DNA of 63,406 nucleotides, the filler included. It is 7 parts of 7 records of this genome, joined end to end, with 100 filler letters (N's around TTAATTAATTAA, not from the genome) between each part and the next. Parts side by side here need not be neighbours in the genome. Positions count along the whole stretch, not along the records: positions 24,812 to 30,639 come from SRR31147125_27597; positions 30,740 to 48,399 come from SRR31147125_27620; 5 more parts are not named here. One strand, 5' to 3'. Positions 29,445-39,232 of the stretch are shown piece by piece. Positions within the stretch are counted from its first letter, which is position 1, and every line of letters starts with the position of its first letter. The notes under the pieces are model-generated. The model made no database searches, was not told the origin of the DNA, and saw nothing but the letters and a program-made list of their open reading frames with translations. The position numbers and the translations under genes are program-made.

Positions 29445-30639
29445 ATGGGAGAAATGCACCTATCCATCCTGTCTCAAGAAGAAGTAAAACACGTTCATCA
29501 CAAAACCCTTCATCTGCTGGAAAGCACGGGATTCAATGTGCTGCATGACGAAATACTTACACAGTTCAAAAAGCGCGGTGCTGATGTAAATGAAACAAGC
29601 GGCAATGTCAGACTGCCGTCCGAACTCGTTATGGAGCTGCTGAGTAACGCGCCGTCTTCCATACAGCTTGGCGGGCTGAACGGGAAGGTGCTTGAAGCCG
29701 GTGGTGATAATGTCTATTACACCTCTCTCATTCTGGACCCGTTCATGGCCGACTGGGACGAAGGCATCAGGCCGCCAACCCTTGCTGATGTACAGCGCAA
29801 TACCGCCATCGGAGAATCCCTGGATCGTGTGTCGATCATGATGCGCATGCAGTATCCGGTCTCGGATTTTCCCGAACCCGACTGCTATTACAAGAGCATG
29901 GAAGTGTTCCTTTCCAATATGACGAAGCATGTCTCAGCCTATCCGGATAGCGTAGAAAACTGCCTGGATTGGATAAATTCAACCAATATTGTAGCAGAAT
30001 CATCAAATCGGGGTCAAAACGATGCGTCACTCCTCAGCATTGCCATGGCCGTGCAAAGTCCGTTAACGGTAAACGACACCAATATAGAGATCATGAAACT
30101 CGCCATTCAGAACAGATCTCCCATCATCACAACCGTCTGTCCCATGGCTGGATCAACCGCTCCCTACAGCGTGGCCGGAACCTTCCTGCAGGCCAATATT
30201 GAAGCCCTGATCCCCATCCTCATCGCGCAGCTTCTCTCTCCGGGCTATCCGGTTTTCTATGGTGTTGGTCCGTCAATTACCGATATGCAAAGCGGTCGCG
30301 ACCTCTACTATCGAGCCGAAAAGATGCTATTCAAAACTATGGCGAACCAGATGAGTTCCTTCTACAATCTCCCCTGCACCGGTGAAGCCGGCGGGTCTCT
30401 TACCCATCTGCCGGATATGCAGAATGGCGCCGAAAGTCTTGCTTTTCTGCTTGCCTCCCATGCCTGGAAGCAGAATATCATCGGCGGTCTCGGAAGCTTG
30501 GGCAATGCCAACGGAATGTCCAGCGAACAGATCATCATGCAGTGCGGGCTGATCGATATGGCAGAACATCTCAGCCGGGGAGTACGTTTTACAGAGGATG
30601 ATGCTGAAGTTGAATCCATTAAGCGAACGGGACCTGGGG
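29445..30639 (+). CDS. Trimethylamine methyltransferase (MttB) superfamily protein, non-pyrrolysine, 3'-truncated
   Basis: VQSPL, PMAGSTAP, SITDMQSG, PDMQNGAE and IKRTGPG motifs; no in-frame TAG. Confidence 0.88.
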
Positions 30640-30739
30640 NNNNNNNNNNNNNNNNNNNNNNNNNNNNNNNNNNNNNNNNNNNNTTAATTAATTAANNNNN
30701 NNNNNNNNNNNNNNNNNNNNNNNNNNNNNNNNNNNNNNN
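30640..30739. other. Artificial contig linker
   Basis: N-run with TTAATTAATTAA. Confidence 0.99.
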
Positions 30740-30740
30740 G

Positions 30741-31472
30741 CAGAGCCAAGCTCAGGAGTTCGTTGGTCAGCTGGAAGAACGCGGAGCGACAGCGCACTGT
30801 ATCCCGACGATTGAGATTGTCCCCCCAAAAAGCTGGGCGCCACTCGACAAGGCGATGCGGGACCTCGATGAGTTTGATGTCGTGATCTTTACATCGGTGA
30901 ATGCGGTCAGTGCTTTTTATGAGCGTCTGCAGGAAAATAACCTGTACTATGGCATTTTGACCCAGCTGACCGTTGTCGCCGTTGGATCGAAAACCGCCGA
31001 GGCTTTGCGCGACAATTTCACCCGCGCCAATTTGATTCCTGATGACCACCGGGCGGAAGGTCTGGTTGCATTATTGAAAGAGCACGGAGTCGCGGGGAAA
31101 AGAGTTCTGTATCCACGTGCCGAAGTTGTTCGACCGGTTCTGGTCGATGGTTTAAAACAGGCCGGGGCCGAGGTTGTGGACCCTGTCGCTTATCGGACGG
31201 TTCTGCCTGAGGAGAATGCCGCTCAGATCAGGGATCTGCTGGAGAGCGGGCAGCTGGATGCCATCTGTTTCAGCGCGTCTTCGACGTTCAAGAATCTGGC
31301 AACAATGCTGGGGGATGATACGGAACGTCTGCTGGGCTCGACGCATCTTTTTTCGATCGGACCACAAACCTCGGAGACGATCCGTCAGGCAGGGTTTACG
31401 GTGGATCTGGAGCCTGAAAAGTGGACCATGGGGAGTCTGCTTGACGCTATGGCCGATTTCTATCAGGCCTGA
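30741..31472 (+). CDS. hemD: Uroporphyrinogen-III synthase, 5'-truncated
   Basis: IFTSVNAV, AVGSKTA, AYRTV, FSASST and SIGPQT; frame open to the contig edge. Confidence 0.9.
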   Translation, partial: QSQAQEFVGQLEERGATAHCIPTIEIVPPKSWAPLDKAMRDLDEFDVVIFTSVNAVSAFYERLQENNLYYGILTQLTVVAVGSKTAEALRDNFTRANLIPDDHRAEGLVALLKEHGVAGKRVLYPRAEVVRPVLVDGLKQAGAEVVDPVAYRTVLPEENAAQIRDLLESGQLDAICFSASSTFKNLATMLGDDTERLLGSTHLFSIGPQTSETIRQAGFTVDLEPEKWTMGSLLDAMADFYQA

Positions 31473-31542
31473 TCTGTAACACTTTGACGCGCATCAGCCC
31501 GACTTCACAGGTTTGATGCTTGCTGTAACACAGGAGAATCCT

Positions 31543-32517
31543 ATGTACTTTCCCAGTTATCGTCCTCGCCGGTTGCGGCGCAATGAGAATATCCGGCGCA
31601 TGGTTCGCGAAACCCATTTGCGTGTTGACGACCTGATCTACCCGATGTTCAGTGCTTTTGGAGAGAACATCAAAAAAGAGATCAGCTCGATGCCCGGTAT
31701 TTATCAGCAGTCGATCGAGAACATTGTTGCCGAAGCCCGGGAGGTTTACGAGCTCGGCATCCCGGCAGTGATCCTTTTCGGGATTCCGGAAGAGAAGGAT
31801 GCCGTTGGCAGTGATGCCTACTGTGCGAGCGGGATCATCCAGAACACGATCCGCGCGCTCAAAAAAGCGTTGCCGAAGTTGACAGTTATTACCGATGTCT
31901 GCATGTGTGAGTATACTGATCACGGGCATTGTGGTGTCATCAAGGATGGTGATGTTGATAACGACAGCACGCTTGAACTGCTGGCCAAGGAAGCCCTGTC
32001 ACATGCTCAGGCCGGAGCGGATATCGTTGCGCCTTCCGATATGATGGATGGTCGGATCGCAGCACTCCGCGATATTCTGGATGAGAACGGCTTTGAGCAT
32101 ATTCCGGTGATGAGTTACGCCGTGAAATATGCCAGCGCCTATTACGGACCGTTCCGTGAGGCCGCTGAGAGCACTCCTGAGTTTGGCGATCGGCGCAGTT
32201 ACCAGATGGATCCGGCGAATCGTCTGGAGGCCCTGCGCGAGGCGAATCAGGATGTCGCTGAAGCCGCTGACTTTCTGATGGTCAAGCCGGCGTTGGCCTA
32301 TCTGGATGTCTTAAGGGAGCTCAAGGATAACTTTGACCTGCCGTTGGTCGCCTACAACGTTTCGGGCGAATACAGCATGGTCAAGGCGGCCGCTGAAAAA
32401 GACTGGATTGATGGCGAGCGGGTGATGATGGAGACGCTTCTGGGAATGAAGCGCGCTGGCGCCGACCTGATTATTACTTATCACGCGAAAGAGGCCGCCC
32501 AGTTGTTGCAGAAGTAG
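31543..32517 (+). CDS. hemB: Porphobilinogen synthase
   Basis: [28 protein letters not shown] and MVKPA. Confidence 0.97.
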   Translation: MYFPSYRPRRLRRNENIRRMVRETHLRVDDLIYPMFSAFGENIKKEISSMPGIYQQSIENIVAEAREVYELGIPAVILFGIPEEKDAVGSDAYCASGIIQNTIRALKKALPKLTVITDVCMCEYTDHGHCGVIKDGDVDNDSTLELLAKEALSHAQAGADIVAPSDMMDGRIAALRDILDENGFEHIPVMSYAVKYASAYYGPFREAAESTPEFGDRRSYQMDPANRLEALREANQDVAEAADFLMVKPALAYLDVLRELKDNFDLPLVAYNVSGEYSMVKAAAEKDWIDGERVMMETLLGMKRAGADLIITYHAKEAAQLLQK

Positions 32518-32540
32518 CGGCTGGTGCTCTCGTTGTTTGA

Positions 32541-32571
32541 AAAAGGGGCTATCCTCAGGGTAGCCCCTTTT
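32541..32571 (+). terminator. Intrinsic terminator-like hairpin
   Basis: AAAAGGGGCTATCC-TCA-GGGTAGCCCCTTTT. Confidence 0.75.
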
Positions 32572-32587
32572 GTTCTTAAGGTGAACG

Positions 32588-33871
32588 ATGTCTGATTACG
32601 TGCTTGATCAACTTCCGAATGGTGCCCGCCTGGTGACAGTCCCGATGCCGCACCTGCATTCTGTTGAACTCGTCTGTTATCTTGCTGTCGGAGGGCGGTG
32701 CGAAACGGAAGAGTTGGCCGGGATCTCTCATTTTCTTGAACATATGATTTTTCGTGGGACCAAAGATCATGCGACCAGTACAGATCTGGAGCGCGCGTTT
32801 GAAGCAATCGGCGGATCGGTCAACGCGTCAACTGACAGTGAGACGACCTGCTTCCATTCGCGGATTCATCCCGACTATCTGGAGCGTGGTGTGGCTCTGT
32901 TCGCCTCAATGTTGAGAACCCCACAATTTCAGGACATCGAAACCGAACGACGGATCATTCTGGAAGAGGCCCGCGAGGATTACAACGAGCAGGGCGTGCA
33001 GATCAACCCGGATAATCTGATGGTTGGCCTTCTCTGGCCGGGACACGCACTCGGACGCTCTCTGATCGGCACGCCGGACAGCTTGGAGCGGATCAGCATG
33101 GATGACCTGAGGACCTATTATCAGCACTGGTATCAGCCACAGAATCTGGTCGTCTGTGCCTGCGGTGCTGTTGACAGAGATCGTACTCTGGCTTCTGTTG
33201 TTGAACAGTTTGGTGACTGGGCTCCTGGTGCGCCACTGGATGATTTGTCGATCCCGGACCTTGGACCGGCAGAGTCGAGAAGCTGCTGGGTCCAGGATTC
33301 CGATTCTCAGGTCTCTGTGCAACTGGCCTTCCCGCTGCCGGGACGGTCTGATGCGTCCACCTTGGCGTTGCGATTGCTGCGCCGCGTGTTGTCGTGGGGT
33401 GGTGGCGCGAAGCTGCCGCTACGGTTGCGTGAGGAGCTTGGCCTGACCTATGCTGTTGAGGCGAACTGTTCGATGTTGAAAGATACCGGTTATCTGGCCA
33501 TCGACCTGTCGGTGGCGCCGGAAAATCTGGTTCGCAGTGTCGATGAGCTGCTGCAGGTTGTTCGCGAACTGAGCCAGGTCCCCCTGAGTGTCGAAGAACT
33601 TTCTCAGTTTGTTGAGAGTTACTGCTTTGATCTTGATTATTCTCGGGATCAGACGGAGGCTCTGGCGGTCAGGTACGGTTGGGGTGTTCAGGCCGACTAC
33701 CTGCGGACTCTCGAACAGGATATTGCGGAGATGAAGCTCCTGACGCCGGACGATCTTCTGGCGGCCGCACAGCGCTATCTGCAGACAGAAAACGCCAGAT
33801 TCGTCGCCGTTGGACCCTGGTCCAGCGAAGATCGGGATCAGGTTGAGGCGTTGCTTCAGCTGGCGGGTTGA
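32588..33871 (+). CDS. M16 family zinc peptidase
   Basis: Inverted zincin SHFLEHM, GGSVNAST and LREELGLTY. Confidence 0.92.
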   Translation: MSDYVLDQLPNGARLVTVPMPHLHSVELVCYLAVGGRCETEELAGISHFLEHMIFRGTKDHATSTDLERAFEAIGGSVNASTDSETTCFHSRIHPDYLERGVALFASMLRTPQFQDIETERRIILEEAREDYNEQGVQINPDNLMVGLLWPGHALGRSLIGTPDSLERISMDDLRTYYQHWYQPQNLVVCACGAVDRDRTLASVVEQFGDWAPGAPLDDLSIPDLGPAESRSCWVQDSDSQVSVQLAFPLPGRSDASTLALRLLRRVLSWGGGAKLPLRLREELGLTYAVEANCSMLKDTGYLAIDLSVAPENLVRSVDELLQVVRELSQVPLSVEELSQFVESYCFDLDYSRDQTEALAVRYGWGVQADYLRTLEQDIAEMKLLTPDDLLAAAQRYLQTENARFVAVGPWSSEDRDQVEALLQLAG

Positions 33872-33878
33872 GTGTTTA

Positions 33879-36695
33879 TTACTGAATGCGCACCGTTTTG
33901 TAGAGAAAGTTCTTAAAACGGAAAAATGCACGCTTCCCGTCCTCAGACGTGTCCTCCGGGTTGCAGGCCTTGAGCAGGCGCGCCAGTTTCGGCATGTTGG
34001 TCGCCCCTTTTGCGCGTGCCCGGTTGACCAGAGTCAGAACCAGATCACGTGTGATCTCCTGCTGTGAATAAGGTTGGTAAACAACCGACCAGAAATCTTC
34101 CTCCTCTTCGGTCCGGATCCTTTCAATCAACGCTTCAGCCAGCTGTGTCGTGTCGTTCCCAGTAGTGGATGGTGAGGTCTGGGGTTTGATCGCCTTCTTG
34201 ATTTCACTTCCCTGGATCACCTGCCCCTGGCGGAACAGCATGGCCCGCAGCAGGATACTGCGCAATTCCCGGATATTCCCGCTGTAGTGATGCTGGCGGA
34301 GGATGTCTTTGGCTTCTGTGCTGAGCACGGGAGGCTCTTCCAGTTCAATCTCCGGTTGATGGTAGACGTGAAAAAGGCGGCCGAGAAAGTGAACGGCAAG
34401 ATCAGGAATGTCCTCACGCCGATCATTCAGAGACGGAACCTCGATGATCAGCTCCGACAGGCGATGATACAGGTCCTCACGGAATTTTCCTTCTGCAATC
34501 AGCTGCCTCAAATCCCGATTGGTTCCGGCGACCAGTAGGACCTGCGAATGGCGCGTGATGTTTTCGCCCAGGCGGACAAATTCACCGCTGTCGAGAAAGC
34601 GCAGCAGCTGGACCTGGGTCTTCGGATCCGCATCGCCGATCTCATCAAGAAAAACCACACCGCCGTGAGCTTCTTCGAGGATGCCGCGGCGATCACTGTG
34701 GGCTCCGGTGAAGGCCCCGCGCTTGTGTCCGAACAGTTCCGAATAGGTTAGCTCCCCGCTGTAGGCAGCGATGTTGCTCTTCTTCAGTGGCAGCGTGTCA
34801 CCCGAGGGAATCAGCTTGCGATAGATCTGGTTAAGCTGGTCAAACAGGTTGTTGAACAGAAACTCCTTGCCGGCACCGGTTTCACCCGTCAGCAGAATCG
34901 ATGGCAAACCCAGGAACTCTCCCTGTTCAGGGCTCCCCTGGCGTGTCCACTGCACAATGCGGTGGCAGAGGGGAGGGCTGATCCTCTGGATGGTATCAAT
35001 GATCTCCTGGGTTTTCGTCGAATTGCCGATGATATTCCCCAGGCGATAGGATGTGATCTGCGGATCCTTGTAGTCGACGTCCTTGCGCAGGCGATCCATT
35101 TCGCCGGTCAATTGTTCCAGCTTCTGAAGAATCGCCAGGTGATGGCCGATCAGGCGCTCGATAATCAGCAGGATCCGGCGGTGTTCTCCGCTAAAATAAT
35201 GTGGCTTGAGACTGTCCAGACAGATCACCGCAAGGGTTTCATCGTCATAGATGACAGGTACGGCGATCTCACTGCGGATCGCTTCGGTGACCGGCTGGTA
35301 AAAGCAGTCATTCGCTTCGTAGTCGAGGCTGTCGACCATGATTTCGACTTTTCCCGTGGCCGCAGCGAGGCCGGTTAGACTACGCTCTTCAAAGGGTAGT
35401 TCTTCACCGCCAATTTTGATCGGCGGGATGTATTTTTTCAGCCAGCCTTTATTCTTGGCTCCGACCAGGTTCCCCTGTGCATCATCAACCACAAGCCACC
35501 GGCCACCCTCCTGCTCACGGACAAGGGCGATGCTGCCGGTATCGGCACCGATCAGCTGGGTGGCTTTCGATAGAACTCTGTGGAGGAAGGGCTGCAGCCC
35601 GTCACTAGACTGTTGCAGCAGGTCACCGATCTCCGACAGGATCTGAACTTCGAGGTGTTCGTCACCAATTTCCTGGACAACCCTCTGGGCCATTTCTGCG
35701 TGCGAGTCGAGGAGATCGCGTTCAAATGAGCTGAACTGGTAGCGCTCCTTGGTGTAGTAATTAACCAGGCAGATGACGCGTCGCGTGCGCTTGTCGTAAC
35801 GCGGGACCATGTAGAGAGACTTCAGCCCAAGCTCTTCTGTCAGGTACTGTTTCTGTAAATTTTCTGCCGCCAGGTCTGGAATGTAGAGAGGGGCCAGAAG
35901 GCTGTCATCGGTGATAACGCCGGCCCGGTCGATGAAGCGTGAGACGAGGGATTCTCCCGGAGTCAGGTTGATCTGGCGCTCTTCTTCGTACAGTTTTCCA
36001 GCCTCAGTTTCCTTGGAATAGGAGGCCAGAATCTGCATGGTTCGTTCTCCGTCGATGGCTGAGGGGATCGGAACCAACACCGACGCAAGGGCAACCTGCT
36101 CAATCAGCTGGGCCGCAGACTCAACCATGAACAGGGCGGCATCCCGTTTCTTGGCTTCGTCAACCCGGCGGCTGAGCTGAAGCTGCTGCTGGTATTTTCG
36201 AGCGCGGTCAAGAGTTGGCGTCGTTTCACGTAGCAGGCGTCTGATGTTTTTCAGCCGCTCTTCCGGAGGGAATCGGCTCGGTTGGGAGTGGTCCAGACAC
36301 AGGACCCCGATGGCCCGGCCAAGTTGAATAATTGGAATCAGGACGCTTGATCCCCCCGCATATTCATCGAGTTCTGGTGGCAGACTCTTGGGGTGTTGGG
36401 ACAGGTCGTCAATGGCAAGTTCCTGCTTTTGCATATAAACCTGTGGGATGAGCAGGCGGCTGTTGTTAACAGGGAAAGAGGTCTCAAGAACTTTGCTCTG
36501 ATTGCCACCGGATGTCGCTGAGCAGACGAGGGAGCCCATACTCAAGTTTTCCAGGTAGATCCGACAGTGGCCACCGCCGCTGAGCAGTTGAACCCCTTCA
36601 ATCAGTCGGTGCAAGATCTCTTCAAGGTTCTCTTTGCCGAAATCTTTGATTGTGTCGATAATGCGTCTGGCTTGTTGCTGGGTTGTCTGTTCCAT
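33879..36695 (-). CDS. Multi-GAF sigma54-dependent transcriptional activator
   Basis: GETGAGKE, SELFGHKRGAFTGA, FLDEIG, FREDLYHRL, GNIREL; about 540-aa GAF-like N-terminus. Confidence 0.9.
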   Translation of the reverse strand: MEQTTQQQARRIIDTIKDFGKENLEEILHRLIEGVQLLSGGGHCRIYLENLSMGSLVCSATSGGNQSKVLETSFPVNNSRLLIPQVYMQKQELAIDDLSQHPKSLPPELDEYAGGSSVLIPIIQLGRAIGVLCLDHSQPSRFPPEERLKNIRRLLRETTPTLDRARKYQQQLQLSRRVDEAKKRDAALFMVESAAQLIEQVALASVLVPIPSAIDGERTMQILASYSKETEAGKLYEEERQINLTPGESLVSRFIDRAGVITDDSLLAPLYIPDLAAENLQKQYLTEELGLKSLYMVPRYDKRTRRVICLVNYYTKERYQFSSFERDLLDSHAEMAQRVVQEIGDEHLEVQILSEIGDLLQQSSDGLQPFLHRVLSKATQLIGADTGSIALVREQEGGRWLVVDDAQGNLVGAKNKGWLKKYIPPIKIGGEELPFEERSLTGLAAATGKVEIMVDSLDYEANDCFYQPVTEAIRSEIAVPVIYDDETLAVICLDSLKPHYFSGEHRRILLIIERLIGHHLAILQKLEQLTGEMDRLRKDVDYKDPQITSYRLGNIIGNSTKTQEIIDTIQRISPPLCHRIVQWTRQGSPEQGEFLGLPSILLTGETGAGKEFLFNNLFDQLNQIYRKLIPSGDTLPLKKSNIAAYSGELTYSELFGHKRGAFTGAHSDRRGILEEAHGGVVFLDEIGDADPKTQVQLLRFLDSGEFVRLGENITRHSQVLLVAGTNRDLRQLIAEGKFREDLYHRLSELIIEVPSLNDRREDIPDLAVHFLGRLFHVYHQPEIELEEPPVLSTEAKDILRQHHYSGNIRELRSILLRAMLFRQGQVIQGSEIKKAIKPQTSPSTTGNDTTQLAEALIERIRTEEEEDFWSVVYQPYSQQEITRDLVLTLVNRARAKGATNMPKLARLLKACNPEDTSEDGKRAFFRFKNFLYKTVRIQ

Positions 36696-37133
36696 CGCGA
36701 GATCTCTTTGGAATGAGTATTTTTTTACACACAGGAGTGTATCTTTTTTATCATTTTTTTCTCAGAGAATAATATTAAATTTCTAAAAATTTAAAATTCA
36801 ATAATATTATATATTTATGATCTTGATTCGGTTGTTTTATGTAGATAATTCTATGTTTGACTTTTAACACCGCCGGAATTGGTCGCTGTAAATATTAAGA
36901 AAACAGTTTGTTTTCAGTGGGTTATGATTTTTTGTGTTGTTCGTCATTGTAAGTAAATTGTCATGGGCTTTTATTTATTAGTAGGAATGGTTCTGTTTTA
37001 GCTTCTAAGGTCTTGAATATTAAGTGTTTTCTTCTATTAATTGCTTGCTGATAATATGGTCTTGCCTGATAATGTTAGATTAGATTCGTCGGTTTTGTCT
37101 GTGTCTTCCGGTTGAAGGTATAAAGGTGGAAAT

Positions 37134-39224
37134 GTGAAAGCTGCGGTTTTCGAACTATCAGATGCAACCTGTGTTGAGCGAGATGTGTCTGAGCTGCTCT
37201 GTATGCCCCAGGTCCTGATCGATCTGATCGAGGCCTGTCTCGGGGGAGCGGGAGTCCAGTCTCTGGCAGAGATTGTTCTTCAGGACGCCGCATTGACGAC
37301 GAAAATTCTGGCAGCTTCCACGAAAACCGGTAGTGAACCGCTCGACGCATCGGAGCCTGTTACCGCGGCATTGACGGAGCTTGGTGTCCCTATGGTCACA
37401 GGCATTGCCCTGCAGTCTGCAAAGCAGATTGTCGCCAGCGGACTTCGTGGTCCGGCCCTGACATTTCAATACGGGCTCTGGTTTTCATCCCGCGTGGCCG
37501 CAACCGCAGCTCGATGTCTGGCGCCGTCGATCAATTATCCCCGCATTGAGGAAGCACAGCTCAGCGGTCTGCTCCTGAACCTCGGAATTCAGATTTTCTT
37601 TGGCCGCGACCGGACGGGTTACCCAGTTCTGGATGTTAAGCCCTGGAGCAGTTCCGTCCAGTGTCAGTTTGAACAGGGTCGCTATGGGATGGATCATCTT
37701 CAACTAGCGGATGAGCTGATCGGTCAGTGGGAGCTGGATTCTTTTCTTGCTGATGCCGTCCATTTTCTCCACGCGGACATTCTGCAGGTTGAGCAGAGCA
37801 GCTCTTTACTGAAAATTGCCCGTCTGGCCAATGCCTTCAGTCAGAGCCCTGAAGCCCTGTCGGATGAAACGCGCCAGTTGGCGGACCACCTGTTCGGGCT
37901 GACACAAAGCGAAGTCGAGTATCTTTTCGACTGGGCGCACGGACTCTATCCGGCCTACTCCGGATCGATGAAGGATGAGACCCGACTTGAAGAGGACTTT
38001 TCCGCTTCGATTCAACGCTTGACCGATCTGATCTTTATGCTCGCGGATCAGGAAGCCGCTAGAGCTCGCCTCTCCGGCGCTGAAGATCGCCTCGACCTGA
38101 TCCGAATTGCCCGCAGCCTTTACCTGGAGAACAGCTCAGCTGCGGACGCTGTTTTTTTTCTTCTGGATCAGCAGAACAATCAGATCGTTGGGATCCCGGT
38201 TGAGGGGCAGCCTCGGGTGGCCGCGGAAATGAAAATTTCCTGCGATGCCGATATCTGCCTTGCGACCAGGGCGCTGCTTCACGGCGAGCCTTACCATTCC
38301 TTGTCAGACAATCAATCCCTGAGCGTGACTGATCAGCTGTTGATGCGGCTGTGCAAATGTCCGGCGATCTTTTGCGTTCCTTTCCGTGTTGACGGCCGCC
38401 CTTTAGGTGTTGCAGTTCTTGGTGTCCGCGAGAAGGCTGCACTGGAGACTCTTCAGTCGTTACAGATCCGCATGTTCGGACAGGTGATCAGCAGTGCTCT
38501 GTCTGAGGTCGCCGATGGTGGGGACGTTTCCCTGCCGGGCGAGGGGAACGCAGCGCTGCAACGCGTCAGTCAGGAAATCAACACGCCGCTGACGGTGATT
38601 GGAAATTATGCTGAGGTTCTCGGTTATCTGCACAAGGAAGGTGAAAACGCTGAACTGGTCGAATCGATCAAGAAGGAAGCACAGCGGATCGATGAAATCG
38701 TCAGCTACTACCTGGATCAGCAGGACGTGCCGGACCTTCCAGAGCAGAGCACCGATCTGAATCAACTCCTCCGTGAGCTGGTCGCACAGTCGGATGATGC
38801 TGAACTGAAGCGCCAGTCGATCCAGCTTCAACTCTGCCTGGACAGTGATCTGGAGCGAATTGCGACGAACCCGGTCCTGGTCAGAAAAGTTTTAAACGGC
38901 CTGCTGCAGAATGCGCTGGAAGCACTGGCTGATGGAGGCACTGTCAGCCTGTCGACGCGCACCCGAATTGTTGCCGATTTTGGCCGCTGCCTGGAATTTG
39001 TCGTGCAGGATGATGGCCCCGGAATCCCGCTTCCGATTCAGGAGCAGCTTTTCCGTCCGGTTGTCAGTACCAAAGGTGGAACACATGCCGGAATGGGGCT
39101 GAATATTGTGAAAACTATGGTGGATGATCTCGGTGGTCAGATCAGCTGCCACAGTTCATCGGGCAGTGGAACCAGTTTCCATGTCTTGCTCCCCTTTAAG
39201 GGGCATCGTCTGTTGGATGTTTAG
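37134..39224 (+). CDS. HDOD-GAF-histidine kinase-like protein
   Basis: HDOD-like N-terminus; N/G1/F/G2 boxes (NALEA, DDGPGI, LFRP, GMGL); H-box reads SQEINTPL. Confidence 0.85.
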   Translation: MKAAVFELSDATCVERDVSELLCMPQVLIDLIEACLGGAGVQSLAEIVLQDAALTTKILAASTKTGSEPLDASEPVTAALTELGVPMVTGIALQSAKQIVASGLRGPALTFQYGLWFSSRVAATAARCLAPSINYPRIEEAQLSGLLLNLGIQIFFGRDRTGYPVLDVKPWSSSVQCQFEQGRYGMDHLQLADELIGQWELDSFLADAVHFLHADILQVEQSSSLLKIARLANAFSQSPEALSDETRQLADHLFGLTQSEVEYLFDWAHGLYPAYSGSMKDETRLEEDFSASIQRLTDLIFMLADQEAARARLSGAEDRLDLIRIARSLYLENSSAADAVFFLLDQQNNQIVGIPVEGQPRVAAEMKISCDADICLATRALLHGEPYHSLSDNQSLSVTDQLLMRLCKCPAIFCVPFRVDGRPLGVAVLGVREKAALETLQSLQIRMFGQVISSALSEVADGGDVSLPGEGNAALQRVSQEINTPLTVIGNYAEVLGYLHKEGENAELVESIKKEAQRIDEIVSYYLDQQDVPDLPEQSTDLNQLLRELVAQSDDAELKRQSIQLQLCLDSDLERIATNPVLVRKVLNGLLQNALEALADGGTVSLSTRTRIVADFGRCLEFVVQDDGPGIPLPIQEQLFRPVVSTKGGTHAGMGLNIVKTMVDDLGGQISCHSSSGSGTSFHVLLPFKGHRLLDV

Positions 39225-39232
39225 GAGTTCAC

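Noticed and set aside
29445-30639. Pyrrolysine-containing MttB
   Set aside because: No in-frame amber codon in the sequenced part, which spans the expected position.
36696-37133. ncRNA or mobile-element end in the AT-rich spacer
   Set aside because: No terminal inverted repeats, stable structure or tRNA-like features; consistent with a divergent promoter region.
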